Position numbers and translations under genes: made by a program. Shown here one piece after another: positions 15,140 to 28,892 of a DNA stretch of 64,000 bases. This DNA comes from the human T2T-CHM13v2.0 reference genome, Homo sapiens, in NCBI RefSeq assembly GCF_009914755.1, contig NC_060935.1; one strand, given 5' to 3'. Numbering within the stretch: position 1 is the stretch's first letter; each line of letters begins with the position of its first letter. The notes below the pieces were generated by a model. It saw only the letters and a program-made list of their open reading frames with translations, did no database searches and was not told where the DNA came from.

Positions 15140-15770
15140 GCAAATTAATAAAGTGGCTTTTGTAGTTTGGTAGGGTAATTTGTTAAAATATTAATTTTAT
15201 TTTATCCTCTCTATATTTTCCTCTTCTCTGCATTTCACAAGGTAGTGAGGCTTTATAATTTCTTATAATAAGAATGTTGGCAGGACAAAAATTAGAAGCA
15301 GATTCAAGTTAGTGGTTTTCCTCAGCTCTGGAAAAGCTAAGCTGATTGACTAGATGTTGCTGGATTTCTTGGAGGGTTGAGACAGAAATGATCTTAGAGA
15401 GGAAAGAGGCTTCTCTAGGAGTTTCCCTGAGGCTGGAGAGGGTGAGATGTCAGAGCACAGAAAGATAGCAAGACCTCAGAGAGCAATTGGAGTGCCCATG
15501 GAGGCTGGATCCTCAGCACGAAAAGTTCCCGAGTCCGAAGCATCACAAAAGCCACAGTCTCTACTCCTGAGAGTGCCCTTCAGACTACAACAGTGGGTGT
15601 CTGGACAGTAACCAGACCAACAGTGCCTTGGCAAGGAATTACTTAGGCTGAATTTCTCTCCAGCTCATATGATGGGGATGTGGAGTTCAAAATAAGTTGA
15701 TTTAAAGAAGAGAGAGAAACTTGTTTTTTTCTTGCACATCTGAAATTGCGGCTGAGATTGTCACACATAG
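15140..15770 (+). mobile_element. Ancient LTR, possibly MamGypLTR1-like
   Basis: 3' end ttcttgcacatctgaaattgcggctgagatt resembles the remembered consensus end; boundaries approximate. Confidence 0.35.
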
Positions 15771-16116
15771 TACATCAGTCCTGTGAGCTCAGTTAATATG
15801 AATTCATGCTAGGAAATCAAAATTTTGAACCTGAAAAGATAAGGGCAAGACAATTACTCTATGGTAATAAGTGCTATTCTTTAACAACTCTTGAAAATAT
15901 GCTACTTGCCTTCTTGAAGCAGTGAGCATCTGCATTAGAGTCCCCCTGGGCCCCTTTGCCTTCACCAAGTTTTGCAAGAGCAAAACTTGATGAATTTCTA
16001 TAATTTCTACCAACATCCCAAATGTTTAATTCTAATTTTATACAATACACAGTTTGTTAAATAAAGGTAAACTTTAATCCCTAATTAATGAAGTTTTATT
16101 ATAGAGCTTATATAAC

Positions 16117-16420
16117 TTTTTTTTTTTTTTTTTTTTTGAGACAGGGTCTGGCTTTATCACCCAGGCTGGAGTGTAGTAGTGCTATTATCATAGCTCACTG
16201 CAGCCACAATTTCCTGGGCTCGAGCAATCCCTACACCTCAGCCTCCCTATTAGCTGGGACTAAGGCATGCATCACGACACCCAGCTAACTTTTTACTTTT
16301 TGTAGAGATGAGTTCTTCCAATGTTGCCCAGGCTGATCTCGAATTCCTGGGCTCAAGCGATCTTCCTGCCTTGGCTTCCCAAAGTGCTGGGATTACAGGT
16401 GTGAGCCATTACACCCAGCC
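16117..16420 (-). mobile_element. AluJ-like SINE
   Basis: Long poly-T and J-type diagnostics; tataac on both flanks. Confidence 0.92.
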
Positions 16421-16444
16421 TATAACATTTTTTATAAGATACAT

Positions 16445-18010
16445 TTTTTTGGAAACTTTTTATTTTAAAATTATTATAGATTCATAGGAAATTCATAGTA
16501 CAGGGACGTTCTGTGTACCCTTTATCCTGTTTCCCCCAATGGTAACATCTTACATAACTATAGTACAATATTAAATTCAGGAAATTTATATTGGTACAAT
16601 CCATTGAATTTATTCAAATTTCACCAGTTTTTACCTATACTCGTGTGTGTGTGTAGTTCTATGCAATTTCATCACATGTAGTAAATTGATGTAACAACAG
16701 TAAAAGTCAAGATACAGAACTGTTTTATTACTACAAATATCCCAAATGCTACCTCTCTATGGTCACACCTGTACTGCCCCCAACCCATCCCTAGTGCCAC
16801 TAATCTGTTCTTCATCTCTGTAATTTTATCATTTTAGGAATGTTAGATAAATGAAATCATACAATATCCAACCTTTGAGATTGGCTTTTTTTTTTCACTC
16901 AGCATAATTTTCTTGAGACTCATACAAATTGTTGCATGTACTAATAGATTGTTTCTTTTTATTACTGAGTAGTATTCCATGATATAGATGCACCACAGTT
17001 TGTTTAGCCATTCACCCATTGAAGGACATTTGGGTTGTTTCCAATTTAGGCTACTACAAATAAACTTACAATGGGTATTCTTGTATAGGTTTTTGTGTGA
17101 ACATAAATTTTCATTACTCTGGGTAAATGCCTAGGAATGTGATTGCTAGATCATGTGGTAAGTATAAGTTTAGATTTTTAAGAAATTGCCAAACTATTTT
17201 GCAGAGTGGCTATACCATTTTACACTACCACCAGCGATATATGAGAGAGTCAGTTTTCTCCACAGGCATTTAGTATTGTCATTATTTTAGCCATCCTAAT
17301 AGGTATATAATGATATCTCATCATGGTTTTAATTTGCATCTTCCTAATGGCTAATGACATTGAACATATTTTATTTGCTTATTTGCCATTTGTATATCCT
17401 CTTTGCAGAAATATATTTTCATGTCTTTTACCTATTTTCTAATTAGATTGTTTCCTTGATGTTGATTTTTGAGTGTTCTTTATGGTCCTTTGTCAGATGT
17501 TTGGTTTACTATATTTTCTGCAGTGGTTTTTGGTTTGCAGACACCTTCTTTCAGCCTGTGTCTGTCTTCATTCTCTTAATGTGATATTTTACAGAGCAAA
17601 AGTTTTAAGTTTGATGAAGTCTAATTTATCAATTTTTCTCTTAAGGATCATTTCTGGGTATCATGTTGAGGAACTCTTCACATTGCCCTAAGTCCTGAAG
17701 GTTTTCTCCTTTGTTTTTGTGAAAACATTTTATAGTGTGACATTTTACTTTTAAATCTGTTATCCATTTTGAGTTAGTTTTTCTATAGGGTGTGAAGTTT
17801 AGGTTGAAGTTCATTATTTTGCCTATTGACATCCAGTTGCTCTAGCACTATTTATTGGAAGACTATCTTTTCTCCATTGAATTTTTTTTTGCAACATTGT
17901 TGAAAATCGGTTGGCTATACTTGTGTGATATATTTCTCTATTATATTTCACTGATCTATGTGTCTATCTCTCCATCAATATCACACTGTTTTCTTTACAG
18001 TAGCCTTAAC
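16445..18010 (-). mobile_element. Old L1M (L1MB/L1MC-like) 3' portion
   Basis: Reverse L1 3'UTR and ORF2-end motifs; ORF 17641-17832 encodes FTPYRKTNSKWITDL, an L1 ORF2 motif. Confidence 0.85.
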
Positions 18011-18059
18011 ATGTAAGATTCACTTTTTTTAAAAGTGGATTTTTTAAACGGATTTTTTT

Positions 18060-18245
18060 AGTGCTTATATATGCCAGGCATTGTTCTAAGTACTTCACAT
18101 GCATAACTCACAAAATTCTATGAGATGGTATTATTAGACCAGTTTTATCGATGAGAAGACTGAGTACAAAGTAGTTAAGTAACTTGTTTGACAGATAGAT
18201 TTGGAACCCAGGCCAACACTCTTACTACTATGCTTTATTGCCTCT
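18060..18245 (-). mobile_element. MIR
   Basis: atgccaggcattgttctaag ... ttttatcgatgagaagactgag MIR core. Confidence 0.65.
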
Positions 18246-20149
18246 CTAAACAGATTTTTATTTCTTCATAGAGTTGCTTTTACTGAGCACTGCATTGGCA
18301 TTTTGCCATTCACCTATGTTGAGAGACATGACAAGAAACAGCTCTATGAAACTTATTGTTGCATTTACTGTTGGCAAGTTAAGGAGGATGTGGTTCACTA
18401 CGTCACATGTGTCCTCTTTAGGAGAACAGATGGGAGAACTGTCTCTCAGATCGCAGTACCAGGAATAGCTATATTTCTCCTGAGTAAGTGGTTTGTTTTT
18501 ATCTCTTGGACATTGTGAAACCATGTAAACAATTACATTTCCCACTTTATGCTTGCTGCTAAAAAGCTCAGAACCAAATTTTCAGCCTATCTTTAGCAAT
18601 GATGTGTACTGGATGATGTGCATTACTTCTGACTTCATCTTATTTTTTTCTACCCTAATTTTCCCTTCTCTCTTATTTCCTCTTTAAAATTTTTTTTGCT
18701 TTAGTCTTTTAAAAAATAGAAACATACAAGAATTCTTCAGGCATCATATCTAGAGGAATAAAAATAAAAGAAAAAATATATAAGCACATAGCATAAAAAG
18801 TCAAATCCAAGGCTTTTAACAACAAAAAGAAACAGTATTTTGCTCACTCTTCCCCACCTCTGTGTTTTGCTCCACACAGCTAACTGTAGTCACATCTTTA
18901 GCCATTTCTTCTGGTGCTTGTACTTTTTCTCTCTTGACTTTTCAGTTTTAGATATCATCTCTTGATTTCCTACTATGGTGGTTAGGATCTAGTTTTCTTC
19001 TACCACCCTCTCCAACATAAACCCTTCACCTATCCCCATCCTCCCATTACATCACAATTTCAGTGTTTAAATTATTAGGCCTAAGAAAATATTGTTCACA
19101 GATGAACTGCTTGATGTTCACTTCATATCTGATACAATCATTTTGTTTTCCCTTTAGTTAATAATTGTCTTTTTAAAACATCAATGTTCATGAATTAATC
19201 ACTAATTTCTCCCTAGCCCTCTAACAGAATTATAAATCTCTCCTTCTATCAGTTTTGTTTTCTCACTGACTTCTCTTCTGGATGTCACCCTGGGGACCTT
19301 CCTTGTCCGGCTCTGGTCTGGGTTGTTGCTGTCCAGGGCAGCTCTCCAGCTGTTTGAGATGCCCCCTTTTCATCATTTTGGGAATTCCTCCACATCCCCC
19401 TTTTGTTGGATCTCCTGTTTCCTTAGATCTCCTATATTCCTTTTGGTTTACTCACTGGGTTTGGTGGAGCTTATCCTGCAATAGCTTCCTGAGAAAAAGT
19501 TTATGGAATGTGTATTTCTTTGAGACCTAGCATGACTGAAAATGTTTTAAATTTAGCATTGCACTTGAGTGAAAGTCTGAGTATAGACTTCTAGGTTGGA
19601 AAAATTTTCTCTCAGAATTCTAAAGGCATTACTTCTTTGTCTTCTAACTTTCCATGTTGCTGTTGATATGTTTTACATTAATAATATTTCCTACGGGACA
19701 TGAAAGGGTTTTTTCCCCTCCTCTCTGGAAAGTTTTGGAATCTTCTTTTTTTAATGTTTCATGATGATACACCTTAGAATAGTGTCCTTTTTCATTCTGT
19801 ATGAGGAATGAACGTCAACACAATAGGCCTTTTAAATCTGAAAACACATTTCCTTCAGCTTTGAGAAACTACCATGTGTATTCTTTTTTAAAAGGCCATA
19901 TCAGCTTCAGGCATCTTATTTTAGTAATTCCCTCCCCTCCACTTTCTCTGCTTACTCTTGAGAAAAAATTTTTTTGACATTTTACTTTTAAATCTGTTAT
20001 CCATTTTGAGTTAGTTTTTCTATAGGGTGTGAAGTTTAGGTTGAAGTTCATTATTTTGCCTATAGACATCCAGTTGCTCTAGCACTATTTGTTGGAAGAC
20101 TATCTTTTCTCCATAGAATGTTTTTGACATTTTACTTTTAAATCTATAG

Positions 20150-20429
20150 AACTGGGGGACTTGCTCTGTTGCCCAGGCTAGGGTACAGTGGAGCAATCAT
20201 GGCTCACTGTCGCCTCCAACTCCTGGGCTCAAGCAATCCTTCCACATCAGCCTTCCAAGCAGTGGGAACTACAGGTGCATACCCAGCTACTTTTTTTATT
20301 TCTATTTTTTGTAGAGATGGGGGTATCACTGTGTTGCCCAGACCAGTCTCAAACTCCTGGCCTCAAGTGATCCTCTTGCCTTGGCCTCCCAAAGTTCTGG
20401 GAATCCAGGCATAAGCGACTGCACCCTGC
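20150..20429 (-). mobile_element. AluJ-like SINE whose tail is replaced by a duplicated segment
   Basis: Reverse Alu body; no poly-T at the expected position. Confidence 0.88.
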
Positions 20430-20525
20430 TCATTCTTTCTAGAACTCCTGATTCAGTTGTTGGATCACCTGAACTGACTTTCTAGGTTTCTTATCTTTCC
20501 TTTTTCTTCTGGGAGATTTTTTTAA

Positions 20526-20837
<312 letters not shown>

Positions 20838-21413
20838 ATCTTTTAATTTTTCTACTCAATTTTAAAATTTCTGCTATCACATTTTTATTTCTAAAAGCTA
20901 TTTCTAGTTCTCTGTTTTCCCCTCACTCCTAGAGGGGTGAGGGAATTCATCATTCAGTCTGTAGACTTCCATTTAAATCCCTTGTTTTCAGTTGTGTCTA
21001 GCATATACTGCCCAGAGCGTTTGACCCAGCCTTTCATGAGAATAAACCTTCAGGCTTTTTCCTGGGTAACAGAAGAGCAGTCATTTGACAATAGTATGTT
21101 GGGAAGAAGATCTGGGGATCTAAACGGTCATTATAAAGCTTTCAAATAATCTTTTCTTTCTACCTACACCCCACAATTCCATCTTCAGAGACATCTGGTG
21201 CCTCCAATTGCAGAATTGTCCAGGGTTCCATGGTGCTATTTATCGTCCTTCTTTCAGCTTTCTCTGATTTGTCCCAGTATGAGTGAATCTGAATCCTGAT
21301 TCAGGAGCAAAACAAAAGTTTGAAGTCAAAGCCAGAGAAATGGTGCCGATAGTCAAATACAAACGATGAGCAAAAACAAGAAAGTTTCTGCAAGTGGAAG
21401 GATAATCATATTA

Positions 21414-21736
<323 letters not shown>

Positions 21737-23090
21737 TAAAAGTCACAATCTTTGTCTACCTTCTCTCTACATTTCCCTGTTTGAAAAGACTCTGCTTTGA
21801 GATAATGTGCTAAAGAGGAGCTGTAGTTCCCTCTACTGACCCAAGCTATTCCCTGAGGGAGAAGCAAGGCTATAAATGGGAGAACGAATTGCAAGATCAG
21901 AAACCTGGAGGTTGGGGAAAAGTTGAGATGTGTGTCCAGGCTTTAGGACTAAGGTCAACAACAATGTGAGGACAGAGAAGATCCAATTTTATGTGGTTTT
22001 TGATTTAGAAGTGCACAGGAGGGCCTGGTGTCTTAAAGGAGCCACTGGGAGGGGGCTAGGTTGTGGTTTCCATCCTCCCTGTCCAGTTGGTCTTTGAAGA
22101 CTGGCTGGTTGATAGAAATCTACTGGTTAGGAACATTCCACATTACTACACGAAATATAGTGGGCCTTTACAAAACTTGGAGGCGTTCCTACACAAAGAG
22201 AATGCTGTTAATAAACTCTCCATCCAAGGGCATGAGCTCTGGGTTGTTGGTCAAGTGGGATGTGCTGCAAGACTCAGCCAGACCACCAATTTGCTGCCAA
22301 CCTTGGCCCCTGGGGAAGTTTTGAGAGGGAATAGTTGTGTCCTTAATATCACATTTAATAACCTTAAATAAGCATAGGTATAGCCTACCTTTACTTAAGA
22401 GATGACTCAGAGTTAGTGAGCAAGAAATTTGCTGAAGGAAGGAGAGAAGGAAACAAAAAAGAAAGGAAGCAAAGAACTTACTTTCCATTTACAGCTTTAT
22501 AATTCAGAAATTGGAAGGTGTAAATCACGAATACAAGGATTTGCTGTGAAAAGGTGTTGAAATCCCAATGGGAAGCAGAAGTTGAAGATGTAGTGGGTTA
22601 AGGAAGGAACTTTCTAATCATGAGAGAAAAGGGCAAAGGAAAGAAATAGAGAAACAAGATGGTGACTGCTAGCCAGAGGAATTTTAGTTCCCTTCCTCCT
22701 GGCAACACTGGAGAGATTCCCACAACCCTCAGCATCCGGAACTTAGTTCACAATGGGTGCGGGCAGATAAGTGACAGCTAGTGGGACTAGTGGCTTTCTG
22801 GAAGGATGGGATGGAAAAGCTCAGGACTTAACACAACCAGAGAGCAGAAGGGGATAGAAAATGACCACTAGACGGAAGCAGAACTGAAAGGCTGGCTGCT
22901 TTTGGTATTTAGCACATGCAAGGAGGGCTGGGTTGCAAGGAAACAAGGTGTCCATGCTGCTGGTGAGGTAAATGAACTTTACAGACAAAGATGACCCAGG
23001 GATTCTTAATATCTTTATACAGTCAAATGCTTAGAGCTTTAAGTGTTAGTGTCTTCTGTTAAAATATAAACACAAAAAATGAATATAACT

Positions 23091-24180
23091 GTTGTATCCT
23101 GAGTTCCCTAGAAATAGACTCTGAGATGGATATTTGCAGGCAGGGAGTTTATTGGAGAGTGCCTAGGGATTCAATATCAGGGAAAGAGTGAAGGAAGTAG
23201 GATTGGCTAGAAGAAGTTAAACTGCAGTAGGGTCACAACAAAGGTCTCTTGGCCAATCCTACAGGGAGCTCTGGAGTTGTCCTGCTTTGAAGCAAAGAAG
23301 GCTGGGCCTTAATACCTGGGCATGGACTAGTTATTAGATATGGGCTACCTATGAACTTGGGCAAGGTGACTCTCTTTAGCTGAAAACAATTATCAGGAGA
23401 TAAATTATATGAGAGCTATCAGTGGCCAATATTCCTAGTAGTTGTGGGAATGACTGCCTTAATCCAACCAGGGGATCTGAGTGGCAAACCACAGCATTCA
23501 TTACAGCCAATGCTTTGTGTTGGATCTACTAATTTTGCACAAGTTCCAGGAACAGTTCCTCCAGTATCCTGGTTAGACTCTTTTTTCTGGGTAAACTTAC
23601 AAGCAGAAAGTTAGTGGGGTAAACTAGAACCTTGTTACTGACCTCTGGTCTGAAAGTTGCCACTGATACTCATTGTGTTCCTGTTCTACAACCCATTTTA
23701 GCTTCACTCACCCTCAGCTCTGCCATCCAGGTGGTTTACCTGGTGGGTTTCTGGTTACTATGTCCTTCTTGGGCCATGGCTGCTGCTCCTGCCTCCATTT
23801 ACCATCAAAATTGGGCAAAGTGATACCAAGAGATGTACCAGTCAATCACCAGGACCTCCAAACCCACAAATCCCAGGGTTGCAGGGATAAGAAGCACAAA
23901 TAACACAAGTGGATCACTGTGAGCGATGGTAAGCAGGGCCCAGGGCCACTCCTACTTCTTACTTTTGGTTCCCAGACTTATGTGTTGTACCTATTGAGAA
24001 CACATGCCCATATAATGATGGTAGATTTAGAGTGTATGCTGCATCCTGGAAGATATCACTCTATCTTTGCAGGGTATCACCTATAAAGTAGCACCTCAGT
24101 TGCACCTGCAGAAGGCGATTTCATTACTCTGTCAAGCTGACAGCTTCTGTACACAGAAGCTGTATGGTATGAAACAGGAA
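23091..24180 (-). mobile_element. ERVL LTR16-like LTR (about 23091-23505) with adjacent internal ERVL sequence
   Basis: The minus strand begins tgtaatgaatgctgtggtttgccactcagatcccc, like the LTR16 start; adjoining sequence resembles HERV16/ERV3-16A3 internal DNA (from memory). Confidence 0.6.
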
Positions 24181-25083
24181 CAGTGGAATAATTTTGGTTT
24201 TAAAATATAGGCATATAATCATAGGTACATACATACGATATGCAAGCATAAAATATATGAAAGGAAAATTTTAACAGCAGTTAACCTTGGATGATTGGAT
24301 TACAGATGAACATAATATTTTTCTTTTCATGTATATGAATATTTTAATATGTATCACAATGAACACATATCACTTCGTTGCTTAGAAAAGGAGAAACTAA
24401 ATAAAATGAACATAAAAATATTAACTGCTAAATAAATCACAATTATTTAGAAAATAAAAAGAAGAGGAAGGTTGGGAATATGTCACATTATGGGAAAACT
24501 CAGATAGATTGCATTTGCTCTCTTTATGTGGCATTTTCCTTCACCATGCTGACTCAAAACAGCTCCTTCAATATCCGTTGAACTGAGCTTTGATCATTGC
24601 TGCTTTATAACATTACCTGAGACTGTCCAGTCCACTATCTATACATCTCCACATAGTTGCCTGCTAATGTGCCTGAAATGCCTAACTCTCCTATCCCAGT
24701 CTGTATTGGTCCTGTTCCTGGAATCTATTTCCTGTAACTACAACTGCATCTGCCTTTGGCTTTTGCAGTCAGCTGGTTACCACAGTGACTAGTGTCACTG
24801 ATTTCTTTCTGGATTTCTGGTAACAGATTTTCTCCTTTGTGTGTTTGTATAATTCTTCTCAAATCTCTTTGTAGTCCTTCCTCAATTGTCAACCCTCCTC
24901 ACTCTCATGTTACCTACCCACCCATTCCCAACTCCACCTGGACTGTCCTAGTCTCAGCTGCATCAGAAAGTGTGGGATGATAGACTATCTGCTCAATGTA
25001 GCCATGCCCTGCGCTGTTTTTGGGGGCACAGAGGTGGATACCTGCACAAAAGGACAACAGCTTATGATTTGTGCACTCTAGTC

Positions 25084-25171
25084 CTAAACTAAACTAAACT
25101 AAATTAAACTAAACTAAACTAAACTAAACTAAACTAAACTAAACTAAACTAAACTAAACTATAAACTAAAC
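25084..25171. repeat. (CTAAA)n pentanucleotide microsatellite, about 17 units
   Basis: Direct reading; nearly pure. Confidence 0.95.
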
Positions 25172-25923
25172 GAAATAAAGGGCAGTGTTGAAGCTAACAA
25201 TGTATCAATCAGGGTCTAATCAGGAAATTAGAAATCACTCTAGATACCTTAAACAGAAGGGATTTAATTCATGGAATTTCTTACACAGGTGTTGGAAAGC
25301 TGGAAAAGCAAAAAGAGGAAGCTAGGAAAACCAAAGATTCATATTTCAGGAAGCCGCTTCTACCTTTAAGACTGGGAGAACAAAAGTGAGCCAATGCTAT
25401 GAACATCCTCCAGAGCTACCACTGCTTCAGGGCCTGAGACTGTGGGAGGTGGGATGAGGTGTCCCCCAGCTAGTGCTTAGATCTCAGGGAGCAGGACCAT
25501 GAAGAATTCTTGAGATATGAAGAGAGTTGCCATGGTTCATAGTTTCAGAGCAGTGAGGTCCAGCTGTTCTCTGTTACTGTCATTAGATGAATTGAGAAAG
25601 CTTGTTATAGCTTTTTTTCCCCCTTGTACATGAGCTACTTTGAAGGAGGTCTCTGTGTCTTGCAAACCAAAAAACCTTTCCAAGGCACCCAATGGTGCCT
25701 CAATGGTCTTTAGCCCAGACCTCAATGGTCTTTAGCCCAGACATCTTTCCTAACATTTTCCTTTACCATACTGGCTCAGAACAGCTCCTTCAATTTCAAT
25801 GGAACTGCCAAAGAGTTTTGATTATTGCTGCTTTATAACAGTACAATATTTTTAAATCCATGAAAGAGTTCTACAACATTATCTTTTTTCCTTCGTGAAT
25901 AAATATGCTTCTATTCATGAGCA

Positions 25924-26165
25924 TTTTTTTTTTTTTTGAGACAGGGTCTCACTCTGCCACCCAGGCTGGAGTGCAGGGGCATGATCAGGGCTCACTGAAG
26001 CCTCTGCCTCCTGGGCTCAAGCGATCCTCCCATCCCAGCCTCCCGAGTAGCCCGGCTAATTTTTGTAGTTTTAGAGACTGGTCTCAAACTCCTGGACTCA
26101 AGTATCTGCCCACATACTGGCCTCCCAAAGTGCTGGGATTACAGGTGTGAGCCACCGGGCCTGGC
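25924..26165 (-). mobile_element. AluJ-like SINE with two internal deletions
   Basis: gagtag joins cccggctaat and gagac joins tggtctc; TSD tattcatgagcatttt on both sides. Confidence 0.88.
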
Positions 26166-27264
26166 TGTATTCATGAGCATTTTACAATTATTATGTCAAG
26201 TTCTGGTTTATAAAACTCTTAATGCCCCATTAATTATCATTGCATTAAATCTATGAATTAATATGGAAAGTGTTATTATGTCATTTATGTAATCTTTCCA
26301 GTTACAAGCAAAGATGGCTATGCATCCAGTCTGATTACCTTTATTGTGTCATTATGGTTTTAGAGTTTTCTTTTTAGTTCTTGTTAGGTTGACATTAAAG
26401 TATTTAATGGGGATTTAGAATTTCATTTGGAGATGGGATTGCTTTTTACGCTTTTATTCCTGGCTATTGATTGTAACAACTATTTTACAATCTGTTTGTT
26501 TCCTGCTGACCACTTGAGGAAATGAGAAATTGTCCAGTATGAGAAGAGGTGCTTAGCAGAAATGGATTTGAGATGCCTGTTTACTTTCACGTGTTTGTGT
26601 CTCTTGTGGACAGTGTTTGAGTAGTGACTGTCCCTTGTGAGCCATGCAGGCAGTGTACCTTTACCATTTTCCTCTACGAATAAGCAGAGTTAATTGACCT
26701 GTGCTGGGATCAAACCCATATCCTTAAACCCCCTAATGGCACAGGCAGTGCAGACCTTTGCTTTCAACAGCTCTCATTTCAAATAATTAGAGCTGCCTGG
26801 GCTGCTTTGGGAGCTATTGGTTTCTATGGTATTAAAGACTGAAGTGACTAATTATTTGAGGATTCATTGCAGGTTTTCAAGCAATGGATTAAGGGTTGGT
26901 CTAAATAACATCTTTAAAATATCATGTTTCTTTAAAATTATGTCAGTAATATGTGTTTACTGTAGAAAATAAGAAAATGCAGATAAGCTAAAAAAAAATG
27001 CCCATAATTCTACCATTTAGAGATAATCACTGTTAGGAAGACTTTGTTGTCTTTTCCTCTCCTAAATGGTTCCCTATTTCTGATGCAAATAATTATACAA
27101 ATAAATATGCATACTTAATATATTTCCTAGTTTCTAAGTTGTACTTTCTCATTTTTCACATTTTTGAAATTTAGGTGCAATTTTATAATCAATGATTAAA
27201 TTTAATAAAGTGTTTCTCTTCTCCCATGAAACAACCATAATTAAATAAAGTCTGTTGGGAGAAA

Positions 27265-28830
27265 GATTTTTAATTAAACTTTTAATTTTTAGATAATTTT
27301 AAATTTATACATAGTTGTAAGAAGTAATACAAAAAGATACCTTATATCCTTTACCCAATTACCCCTAATGGTAAACATCTTACAAACTTATAATACAGAA
27401 CCACAACCAGCATACTGATATTGATACAGAACATTTCTAACATCATAGGATATCCCATGCTGCCCTTTTATAATCATACCCACCATCCTCCTACCCCCCC
27501 ACCCCACCTACTCTGTTACCCTGGTAGCCACATATGTTCTTTGTTTCTATAATTTTGTCATCTGAAGAACGTTTCAAAAATGGAATCACACAATGTGTAA
27601 ATTTTTGGCCTTTTTTTTCATTCAGCATAATTCTCTGGCGATTCATCCAGGTTTTGCATGCATTGATAATGTGTTCTTTTTTATTGTTGAGTAATATTCC
27701 ACAATATAGATGTACTCAATTTTTAAACTATTCACTCATTGAAGTATATCTGGATTGCTTCCAGTTTTTGGTATTACAAATAAAGCTGCTATAAATATTC
27801 ATGTACAGATTTTTGTGTGAATGTAAGTCTTCATTTGTCTGAGATAAATGCCCAGGGGTGCAATTGCTGGGTTGTATGGTAGTCACATGTTTAGCTTTTA
27901 AAGAAATTGCCAAACTGTCAGAGTGGCTGTCCCATTTTACTTTCCACCAGCAATGTATGAGTGATTTGTCTTTTCTTCATCCTTAGCAGCATTTGGGGGC
28001 TATTTTTTATTTCAGCCGTTCTTACAAGTAAGTGAATTTCTTTAATAGTTATAGTACTTTTCTTTTCTTTCTTTCTTTCTTTTTTTTTTTTTGAGAAGGG
28101 TCCCACTCTGTTGCCCAGGCTGGAATGTGGTGGTGCAATCACAGCTCACTGCAGTTCAACCTCCTAGGCTCAGGCCTTCCTCCCACCTCAGCCTACCAAG
28201 TAGCTGGGACTACAGGTACACATCACCACGCTTGGCTAATTAAAAAAATTTTTTTGTAGAGATGGGGTCTTACTTTTTGTCCAGGCTGGCCGTGAACTCC
28301 TGGGCTCAAGTAATCCTCCTGCCTCAGCCTCCCAAAGTGCTGAGATTACAGGCATGAGCCACAGCACCCAGCCTATAGGGCTCTTCAAATGATCTATTTC
28401 ATATTGGGTGACTTGTGGTTGCATTTTTCAAGGAATTGCTCTATTTAAACTAAGTTGTCAAATTTATGTGTATAGAGTTGTTTTTAGTATGCCTTTATTA
28501 TCCTTTAGATGTCTGCAGGGTCTGTAATGGTATCTCCTATTTCATTCCTGATATTAGAAAGTTGTGTCTTTTATCTTTTTTCTTTCTCAGTCCTGCTAGA
28601 GGTTTATCAGTTTTACCGATCTTTTCAAAGAACCAGCTCTTAGTTTTGTTAATTTTCTCTATTCTTTGTTTTTCACTTTCATTGATTTCTGCCCTTTGTT
28701 ATATTTCCTTCATTTGCTTTGTGTTTATTTTATTCGCTTTTTCTAGGTTCTTGAATGTGAGCTTAGATTATTGATCCGATAATTTTCTTCTTTTCTTATA
28801 TATGCTTTTAGTGCCATGAATTTCTCTGAG
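27265..28830 (-). mobile_element. Old L1M fragments (3'UTR joined to a mid-ORF2 piece)
   Basis: Reverse L1 motifs (ataaagctgctataaatattcatgtacag; ttttcaaagaaccagctc). Confidence 0.75.
28058..28373 (-). mobile_element. AluJ-like SINE
   Basis: (CTTT)n/poly-T tail followed by a reverse Alu. Confidence 0.9.
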
Positions 28831-28892
28831 AGACATTTTATATTGCATAGAGAAAGCCTTAGTGTATCTGCTATGTTTATAGCTACCTACCA

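Noticed and set aside
22061-22488. Three overlapping 87-102 aa ORFs in non-Alu DNA
   Set aside because: No recognisable domain, near-cognate starts on the + strand ORFs and no convincing splice-site pair.
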